From positions 27,280,001 to 27,344,000 of the forward strand of contig NC_045717.1 of NCBI RefSeq assembly GCF_009834535.1: a stretch of 64,000 bases of DNA. The letters run 5' to 3'. The position numbers and the translations under genes are program-made. Shown piece by piece: positions 1 through 9,800 of this stretch (positions are counted from its first letter, which is position 1; each line of letters starts with the position of its first letter). The stretch comes from Camelus ferus. Taxonomy: Eukaryota. Below the pieces are notes generated by a model. That model searched no databases. It was not told where the DNA came from and saw only the letters and a list, made by a program, of their open reading frames with translations.

Positions 1-770
1 GTCACAGGGTGGCTGCCTGAGCACTAGACATCACACACAGTCCCGGGAATAACCAAGAAGAAAAGATGGGTTCTCTCCTCCTGTCTCTTTTCAGGAGAGA
101 GAACATCGTCCCGGAAACTGCAGACTCCCTCTCAGGCCTCATTCCTAAGCCAGTCCTGGGGGCTCGGACCCCGGTGAACTGTCACCACTGTTGCTGACTT
201 CTCCATCTCAGCACAGTGGGGTCTCTTACTAAGAAGAAATGGAGGGCGGAGATGGTACACTCCAGCCCTGTGCCCTGCTCCCAGAGCAACTGTTCACTCA
301 GCAGACCATCGCAGACAGCCTTCTGAGGGCCAGGCGCTCTTCCAAGCCCCAGGACACACAGTGAGTGGGACTCCCTCGGCTCCTGGTCTGGGAAGGAACT
401 TTCTACAAGACAGAGCTAGACACTGAAGAAGAAAGCAAATATGTGACCAATGTCATTTCAGGCTGTGCCAAACGCCATGGAGAAGTCAAGCCAGGCGCTG
501 AGATGCAGAGCCCTAGGCAGGGGGCTGCTGTCTTGAAGAGGAGCCCCCAGGACGTGTGTGGGCAGAGGGAACCAGCATGTGCAGAAGCCCTGAGGTGGGT
601 GCCAGCAAGTTGGAGCAGGAAGGCAGAGTGGCAGGAGGGGATGGGGCGGGCCGAGGTTGGAGGAGTGGGCGAACCCACACAGGGCAGCGTCAGTGTCATC
701 TCGGTGGTGGCCGTCTGTGGCTGTGCTGGTCGTGGAACGTGGGCGCCAAGAATGTGGGGACAATTCTCCT

Positions 771-783
771 GTTGCCAGGTGAC
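771..783 (+). promoter_or_regulatory. RFX X-box-like element upstream of THEG ATG
   Basis: GTTGCCAGGTGAC, 59 nt before the ATG at 842. It resembles the RFX consensus GTTGCC(A/T)GG(C/T)AAC. Confidence 0.5.
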
Positions 784-841
784 CACAGACACACTTGGGT
801 GTTGTGGGAGCAAGGCTGCAGGGCTGGGGAGGGCCCGGCAC

Positions 842-3800
842 ATGGGGGACCACCAGCAAAGTTCACCGTATGGCCACCACACGTCGGAGCCCAAAGACAG
901 GTCGGAGCGGGTGCAGGAGGATGCCACGCTGGGCCTCCAGGGCACCGTGTATGAGAGCTGGGGGTCCAGGGACGCCAAATACCAGGATCTGGATGACAGG
1001 GAGCTGGGATCAGAGAGCCAGGAAGAGGAGATTCCCCCTGAGGTGACTGGGGAAGAGCTCCTGGACTCCCAGCACCCAGCAGAGGCCATCGCAGAGCTGG
1101 AGCGCGTTCTGGAGAAAGATGAGGAGGGTGTGCCAGAGATGAGGTGGGCCAGGGGAGTGGCTGCGCGGGTGGCGGGGGTGGGCTGGGTGGCCCCTGGGTG
1201 TGGCTGCACTGACGTGGGTTCCCCCGGGGCCTGAGACGCAGGCCAGGCACCTCACTGCCCCTGAGGAGGACATTGGCAAAGAGCCCCTGTCCGGGGGCTT
1301 ATGAGTTAGGGTGGGAAGCCCTGTAAAAGTGCTGCTTTGGGAGTTGAACAAAGTTTAGAGCGGCGGGAGGGTCACAAGTCGTGGCCCTTGGTCAGAAAGA
1401 AAAAGAAGTGGGAAAAAATCTCCCAATTCCCAAAGCTGAAACCCTTCCAAGTGCCACAAATGGCTAGAAATGCTGAGTACAGGCCGGAGGGCACATCCCG
1501 GGTGAGCTGAGCTGCTGCATGTCCTGCAGAGAAGCAGGTGCTCCCTCTCACTGTGGGATCTAGTGCCTTAGTGTGCGTGTGCGCGTGCACATGTGTGCAA
1601 GGGTCCCTGGGCTCCCTGCCCCCTGCCCCCTCTGCTTCCAGACAGTAGGTCAGCAGGTGCTACCCCCTGAGCCCCTGCACTGCAGAGGGACATTCACCCT
1701 CCCTGTACAATGACTCCTGTTCCCACAGAGCTTGCGTGAAGAGCACAGACCCATATGTGATGCGGCCGGCGGGGCAGGGGGTGTGTGCCTGTGCAGTCAC
1801 TGAACACCCTGGTCTGCCCTGTCTGTGGGCTTCCTGGGTGGTGGTGTGGAAAAGTGTTACAGCTCAGTTGTGACAGCAACCTGGATCCCGGTGAGAGACC
1901 AAGCAGCACTCGGAGAGTTGGAGAACTCTGGTTTATTACGCCAGCGGGCCCTGAGGAGTTAACACTCCAAGCTCTGGACCCCGTCTGTAGGTTTACATCG
2001 CTTTTATAGGCTGCCAGTTTATACTTTGCAACATCATATGCAAATGAGGTATAAGGAGAGTTGACTAAGAACAAGCTTTGTAGAAATGGACCAACCAGGA
2101 GTGAGCTCCATGCAAATAAAGTACTACAAATGGGCCAATCAGAAGTTAGGGAAGTGGGCCAATCAGGAGTGACAGAAATAACCAATCAGGAGTGAAGGAA
2201 ATAACCAATCAGAAGTGAGCTCAGGGAACCAATAGAATTTTAAGGGTAAGTAAGCTGGTTCAGAGGCAAAAAAGTGAAGATAGAGCCTCTGGGCTGGGGA
2301 ACTGGATGGTGCTGGCAGCAGAGTAGTGGCCCTGCTTGAGGGTCCTGCCAGTCTTTTTATGGGGCTTCCCGCCTCATTCCCCGCTTTGATGCTCTCTTTA
2401 ACATCTGTAGTGAGCATCAACCTTAGAGTGATGCCCCTTATTCACCATTGGGTTCTTCTGGTCCAGGGGCCTGTACTGAGTGACTAGTAGCTGTCGTATC
2501 AGTGACTCTACTCGTGAGCTAATGAAACAGGTAATGAGATTAAGGATGCAGGGGCCAAACAGCAGTGCTGAAAGGATCATAAGGAGGGGGCCTGCTAGGG
2601 GGAGGAGCCAGGAGGCCCAACCCCAGGGGTTAGTCCCCTGTGCCCAGGAGTTTGCTAATTCCTGGTTTCTGCGCCCAGCTCGATCTCGTAGTTGTTGGAC
2701 CATATTTCTGACAATTCCTGATCGATTTACATAGAAACAACATTCCTCATTTAGGAAGAGACAGAGTCCCCCCTTTTTGGGGGTGAGCAAGTCTAAACCC
2801 CTCCTGTTGTGTAGGACTACTGCTGCTAGGGAGTCCCACTGGTTTTGTAGCGTCATTAAGGACTCAGCCACCTGTTTTAAGCCTTCAGTGACCTCAGCAG
2901 ATAACTGCTGGTCATAGTAGGATGATGAGGCTATTCCTCCTATTCCTGTGCCCACTCCAGTCGCTATTCCAGCCCAACAAGTAGTGGTAGTATTAACTGG
3001 ATGGCCCTTTTTGATCAAGTATGGGCCATCAGGGGTACAGGAAGGCTCTGGTTATCAGGTATTATGTGTATCTGAGGGGTAAGGAAGGCCAGTGTGCAAT
3101 TACCTGTCAACTGGCTGGCAGGCGTGTGCCCCACCTACCAAAAAAGGTACCTGGGCTTGGTGTGCACCAGGGTTTGGCAGGCGTCCAACTGTAAACAGGG
3201 GTGCAGTTATGGGTTTGGGCACACTGGGCAGTGGCCAGATTTCCTACAGAATGTTTTGTCCCCGAGTTGTAGATGGAGGCGGGAGCTGTATGGGCCGGCT
3301 GTACATTAAGTGACTGGGGGCTTACATCTGTGGAGTCTGGGGACCACCCAGGGTGGCCATTAAACTTGGTTAGAGCTGAGAGACCTATCGGGCTTGCTGC
3401 ATGCTGGAGGGGGCTGGGACGCAGGCAGAGCCAGGAAGCACTCGCTAGTTGTGGGTTAGTAGCATTAAGGTGATGGACTTGCTTAATAAGGGACTTAATT
3501 GGGGGGTCCTGGTTATAAGGCATGGACCTAGGTCTATTTTTCTTTCCCAACCCTTGCTAGGTGTATAGAAGGGCCCTGAGCGTGTGGGCCGGGGATTTTT
3601 TCTGGGGAGCAGGTTCCTGCCAAATGCAATTTGGTGAATGGGTCCCATTGGAACCCCTGTCATGGAAAGAGATATGCCAGCAACTACTTTTGTAAGCAGA
3701 AGGGTTTGGGGCTTCACTTTTTCTAAGAGGGAGGTATGGTTCCTCCAGCAGATACCGACTGACCATTAGGCTTCCTATTGTAGAGAGAGTACAGCTGCTA

Positions 3801-6800
3801 TTAGTTTCTGGCCCATGTTCCAATCCTGGGGTGCAGTGGCTATCAGTCCTACAGCTAGTAATATAGTAACAATACTCAATAAAATAAAGTCGGGGCGGCA
3901 GTTCATTTTATGTCTTGATTGGTGGTTCCTCAGGCTTCTGCCGTGCGTTGACTAGCTAGCTTCCGAGTGTGGCTAGAGCAAGGCTTGGTGGTCTCCGGCA
4001 GGTGAGGCGGGTGTCTCTGGCCCCAATTTCGAGTGGCTCCTCGAGGTCCTGGTTGATTCTCCAGACGTCCTCGTCTCGTGGTGGTATTTCTCTCTTTACT
4101 CTGGTGTGATGAATCCATGGGGCGATATCTGCAACTTTAAGAGCTGTTGGGATGTTTAGTATAACTGGGTAGGGGCCCCTCCAAGTGGGTTCAAGGGGCT
4201 CCTTTTTCCAATCTCTTATCCAGACTTGATCTCCCGGCTCATATAGGTGTAACATTGTTCCCAGTGAGACTGGGATCCCATCAGTTACCCACCTATGGAC
4301 TTTCCGCATAGTTTTTTTGGAGACCCTGCATTTACTTATGAAGTTCTAAGCTTCCCACCTCTAACATTTTCCCCTAGTAACATCAGGGGAGGGGGTTTCC
4401 CATATAAGATTTCAAAAGGGGAGAATCCCGTCTTGGACCAAGGGGCGCAGAGTACCCACTGGAGAGCCATGGGCAGAGTGTCAGTCCAAGGTAGTTGAGT
4501 TTCTCAACTGAGCTTTATCATCTCCTTTTTAAGGGTCTGGCCCATGCACTCTATCCTCCCTGAATGCCAGGGCCTGTAGGCTTCTTGTAGATTCCAGCAG
4601 ATGTTTAGTGTTCTTACCACTTCTAGTATTTCTGCCACGAATGCGGGTCCATTGTCTGACCCTATGGTTAATGGCATCCCAAATCTGGGGATGATTTCTC
4701 TGAGTTAGGCCTTTGTTACTCCTCTTGCTTCCTCAGTCCGTGTTGGGTATGCTTCTACCCATCCTGAAAAGGTGCAGATAAAAACCAGCAAGTAGTTGTA
4801 TCCTCTGCTGGGCCCCACTTCTGCAAAACACATTTCCATATCTTTAAAAGGAGCCTGGCCAAGGCACTGGGTTCTTCTTGGTCTAGCTAGCTGACCCCTG
4901 TTGTGCATTATTCTGAGCACATGTGAGGCAGCGCTGAGACTGAGGCACAGAGGGATGGAAGTTGAGGGATCAGACAGTACCGCCCCAGCAGGGCCTCTGG
5001 GGCAGTCTTTCCCAGGTGGGCGAGCTCATGTTGCTGAGGGACCACCTGGTGGGCTAATCGTTCAGGTATATATATACACGTTTGTCAGGCATCACCCACC
5101 GTCCTTTTTTTCTGCTGGTTCCTTCTCTAGTTTTGGCCCATGAGTTTTTCTCGTGGCTGTATGCTGGAGATGTTGGCAGCAGTTTGGGTGCTGGTCGAAC
5201 CTTTGGGATGGCCCCAAGATCTCTGGCATGGCCTGATTCACTTGCCGCTTTGTGTGTACCCTGATCTGCTAGTTGTTTCTTGTTTATAGGGTTCATTTCC
5301 CTTTATGGTGTCCTTTATAGTGGATGATTGACATCTCTGTGGGCTCCCAAATTGCCTCTCACCATAGTACCTGGGGAACTTGTCTGCCTTTGGATCATGG
5401 TGGTCGTAGACATGTTGGTTGGTTTCTTTGCCCCAGCTCACAACCCATGTAGGAGGGCTCTCCAATATGTCTGCAGAGCCTTCCGTTCAGCTTGGGAGTT
5501 AGTTCCATTCTGGTCTTGTCTCTGGGGCTGCATTCCGGGCCCATTCTTCCACATCCATGGTTCCCTCTGGGGCCTGCTTTTGTAGCCATTTTCATTTTTG
5601 TAGCCGTTTCTGTTATGATCTGCTTTCTTTCTTTAGTATTGAAGAGTGTCAGGAGCAGCTGTTGAATGTCATCCCAAGTTGGCCGGTGGGTCTGGAAGAT
5701 GGACTCCAGGAGGTCAATCATGGCCTGGGGTTTTTCCGAACATGGCAGAGTGTGGTGTCGCCAGTTCAGGAGATCCATTGTACTGAAAGCCTGATAGTAC
5801 GGGATGGAGTGGCTGGGCTGTACGGGGCCATCATCGTTAGCTTGTTGGGGCTCTTGGGTCTCCCGGAGAGGCCTCTGTAGAATGGCCGCTGGCTGGGTGT
5901 CCTGCGGGGCTGAACAGAGTTTCCACCCCTTGGGCTCCCAGCTCAGAGCCTGGGGCCACCGTGGCGGTACAAGCAGTGGTGGACCGTCCGGTAGAGGCAG
6001 CTGTGGTGGAGCTGCAGTAGCAGTAGGAGCATTTGGCAGGGGTAGCACTGGCAGTTCTTCAGGGTTTACCTGAAGGACTGGCCTCGTGTCTTTTTCCATC
6101 TTTAATGTCAGAACCATGAGGATCTTATATTGTCCTTGACCGTTTGTGTAGACCCGGACCCATGGAGGCAAGGTTTGGGCGATTGTTAGCCAAGAATCAA
6201 TATATAGGAGTTGGTCGCGGTGCCCTGGGGGCGTGGTGATTATCCAGTGTACTGTCCCTGACAGCTGACAGGTCGAGCGTGCCTTCCAGGGGCCATCCCA
6301 CTCCAAAGGTGGGCCACTCTGACTCGCACCATGTGTGCAACTTTTTTGGTGTCAATTTAATTCCATAGTTGCCTGAGAAACCCTTTTTGAAATTTTTAAC
6401 CATGCAGTCCAGAACTGTCGGCTTTGATTTTGAGGATCCCTTTACTATTAGTTGACAGAGTTCATGGCCCATAGGTGTGGGTCTGCTTCTGGCACTGAGG
6501 ACTGTGACCCCCGTATCTTCTTCCCACTCCTCAAAACAGTGGAGTTCTCAAAAAAGCTGGCTGCCTCACTGGGCCTAACATCTACCTGCTTGGCTGCAAG
6601 TGCTGCCAGTGAGTTGGGGTTTCCACATTAGGCAGGTAACCCTGAGACTCCCCCAGGCCTGGATGAGCTCTGGGGGCCCTGTATAAGTCTTTTTATAGCC
6701 TGAATTGACAAAATATGAGGCCAGAGTGGCTGGCTGGTGGCAGAATAAGTGAACCAAAATAAGGGGGACGTCAGAAGTGAGTTCCAGCCAGTCCTGGGTT

Positions 6801-9800
6801 GGCTCCCTCTAGGCACAGGTCTTGTAGTCTTAATTTCAGACTGGTAAGTATATTGAGACTAGGTTTATTGATTGCGACAGGATATTCTGGGGGACTGGTG
6901 ACAAGGTCGCGTCTGAAACTGTTTAACATCGTCTCATCTTTGCCCCTAAGGACACAGGGGTCATTTACTCATAGACTGTTCTGCGTCCCTTTCCCTCCCT
7001 GTGTAGCCATCCTGTGCCGGTGTCGCAAACGGGACAAAGGGAGGGTTTTCCCTGCGTCTGCCTGGCCACTCCTCTCACGGGGATGAAGGCGCTAATTAGC
7101 TTCAGCGGGTCAGTATAAACCACTGACTCCAATCGATTCCCTGAGGGGCCGATACCGCCATGAGCCATGTAATGTTACCACAGAACCGCAGGTTGGGACT
7201 CACTCAAACTCCGTAGCAGAATGCCATGGAGCCACAAACTCGAACCTGACCGCATGCTTTTCAGGCTGCACCCACCCACCCCACACACACACCCAAACAC
7301 AGATTATTTGCACATTCCCTCCCCTACCGTCAGGTGGGGAGCTGGAGGAGGTGACCAGTCTCCTCTTCTGTCCTCAGAACACAACCTGATTACCCTAACC
7401 TAAATATGGATGCTTCCCAGAGCTCCTACCTTGTTCGGCCACATTGCTTGGTGAGTTGGTCTATTCCTCCACCAAGTCCAGTTGGGGCACAGCCGCCCAG
7501 AGGACCGAATCACCTCCGCAAAGGAGGACCTGCAATACTGTCAGGCGGCGCACCTCCTTGTTCACTTCTGGAGTTCCCGGTGGTTGCTCCGATGCTGCTG
7601 CGGCGTAAGGAAACAGCATGGTTGGAATCCCGCTGGGGCCTTCAAAAATGTCACGGAAAAATGTGTTACAGCTCAGCATTATAGCTCGGTGTTACAGTTC
7701 AGTTGTGATAGCAACCTGGATCCGGGCTAGAGACCAAGCAGCACTAGGATAGTTGGAGAACTCACGTTTATTATGCCAGCAGGCCCAAAGAAGTTAACAA
7801 TCCAAGCTTTGAACCCTGTCTGTAGGTTTACACTGGCTTTTATAGGCTGCCAGTTTACACTTTGCAACATCGTATGCAAATGAGGTATAAGGAATGTTGA
7901 CTAATTAAGAACAAGCTTTGTAGAAATGGACCAATCAGGAGGGAGAGAAATAACCAATCAGGAGTGAGGGAAGTGGGCCAATCAGGAGGGAGAGAAATAA
8001 CCAATCAGGAGTGAGGGAAGTGGACCAATCAGGAAGGAGAGAAATAACCAATCAGAAGTGAGTTCAGAGAACCAATAGAATTTTAGGGGTAAGTAAGCCG
8101 TTCCAGAGGCAAAAAGTGAAAATAGAGCCTCTGGGCCAGGGAACCGGTTGGTGCTGGCAGGAGAGTAGTGGCCCTGCTTTGGGGGGGGGGGGGTCCCCGC
8201 CTCAGTAGAGGGCACTCTGTGACCTAGTGCCCCTTTGGGCTCTGGTGGCCATTTGTCTTCTGACCCTGAGAGGCGGGAATGAGTCTCTGCTCGGTTCACA
8301 GAGGAGGGAACTGAGGGGCGCACTGGTGGAGAACTTAGGGTCTTGGTCCAGGTCGTTGTGATGCCAGAATTCTCCTCCAGAGAGACCTCTTTAGGAGGCC
8401 AGGAGACCCATGGGGTGGGGGGTGGGGGAGAGCAGAAGGATGGGTCTGGGCTGCAGAGGGGGAAGCGGGCACCTCCGACCTCACCCCCCGACTCTCCCGA
8501 AGCCGGCTGTCCATCTCCCAGAGGCTCCCCAGCACCTCCGTGGGCCGGGAGAGGAGGAAGAGGAGGCGGCTCTTCGAGCTGGCCAAGCCCAAGACCAACT
8601 GGCACGTCCTGAAGGACAGGTGAGGGTCCGTGGAGGGGAGCCCGGGCCCCAGGCCCCCTCTGTCCCCACATGCCAGGTGGGTTCTGAGGGGGGTGAGAAG
8701 TCAGGAGCCCAGCGCCAGGGTGGGCGGGGCCCTGTCTCCCGCAGGATGGGGTGCTGCTGCAGGGGCTATGCGTGGATCACCCCCCGCATGAGGAGCCTGC
8801 AGTTCTGTGTCTACTGGTGAGTCCAGGCCCCCCGCATGCCCTCCACGTCCAGGGGCCCGTCTCTCGAGTCCCTCTACTCTCCTGGGATGGGTCCAAGGCA
8901 GAGCTCTTGGCTGGGGGCCCCCACCCAGGACTCCTGGCCCCAGCTTGAGATGGGTTGGCTCCCCAGATGACCGCTGGGCCCCTTTCTCAGTTACACTTCT
9001 TTTTTCCCCCAGCTCCTTCCTCCTCTGAACACCTGCTTTGCTCAAAATAATCTTCACTCCCCACAGCTCTAAGACTTTCTCCCCTGCCCCTCTCTGACTG
9101 CCCCTTCTGCAACCCCCCACTCTGTCTCCTCCCTCCCTCCCTATCCAGCTGTTCTCCTCGAGGTTGAGTTCACAGGGCGCCCTGAGTCCTGTTCCTGAGC
9201 CGGGCGCAGGATGTCTGGGCCCTGCCTCCCTCACCCTGAGCCCCGCTGGGTGTGTTCCAGGCCATCTGTGTACTGGACGGAGAGATTTCTCAAAGACACC
9301 ACCCTCACCATCACAGTGCCGGGTGGGTGGAGCCCACCTGCCTCCCTCCTCCCAGGGCGGCCCATCTCACCCTGACCCGTGCCCCCCCTGCCCCAACCCT
9401 GCCAGGAGTCCCCTGGGGCTGCTCGTTCCTCGTCACCCAGGAGTACCCCCACCCAATCTTCCAGGGGTCCTCTCCAGAGTCTGTCCCCCATCAGGAGGCT
9501 GGCCTTGGGGGAGGGCTGTGGGGCCCACTGTCCAGGGGACGTGGCAGCCAAGGAGGGGCCAGTGTCAACTTCACAGAGGACCCTTCCCTTCTTTCCACAG
9601 TAGCTTCTACACTAAGTGCAGCAGGTCCCTTTAAATTAAACGTTTCAGGAAAGCTCATTTCTGGAGAGAAGCTCAGGGTGTGTTCTCCCTCAGGGTTCAG
9701 AAGCCCCGACCGGAGGCCTGTCCTGACTTCTGGCCAAAATCTGCTTTCCCACTGGTGGGCCTGCCGCGCCCCCGTCCAGCCCTGCTGCTCCCAGACCGGG

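Larger units (their letters stand above)
1842..8204 (-). mobile_element. Endogenous retrovirus (class I, gammaretrovirus-like), defective, two LTRs, antisense in THEG intron 1
   Basis: Paired LTRs with TG..CA ends. Flanks GTGG (1838-1841) and GTAG (8205-8208) form a 3/4 target-site duplication. PBS, PPT and gag, RNaseH/integrase and env remnants lie in retroviral order on the minus strand. Confidence 0.95.

Noticed and set aside
403-1250. Minus-strand ORFs of 268 aa and 184 aa over THEG exon 1
   Set aside because: Antisense shadows of a GC-rich exon, low-complexity S/P composition and no recognisable domain.
2398-3018. 206-aa ORF as a functional captured env (syncytin) gene
   Set aside because: It has no ATG or signal peptide, its N-terminus is out of frame, SU is disrupted and the furin site contains a stop. 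Kept only as a pseudogene remnant.
7920-8075. Regular short direct repeats resembling a CRISPR-like array
   Set aside because: Eukaryotic LTR U3 enhancer repeats without unique spacers.
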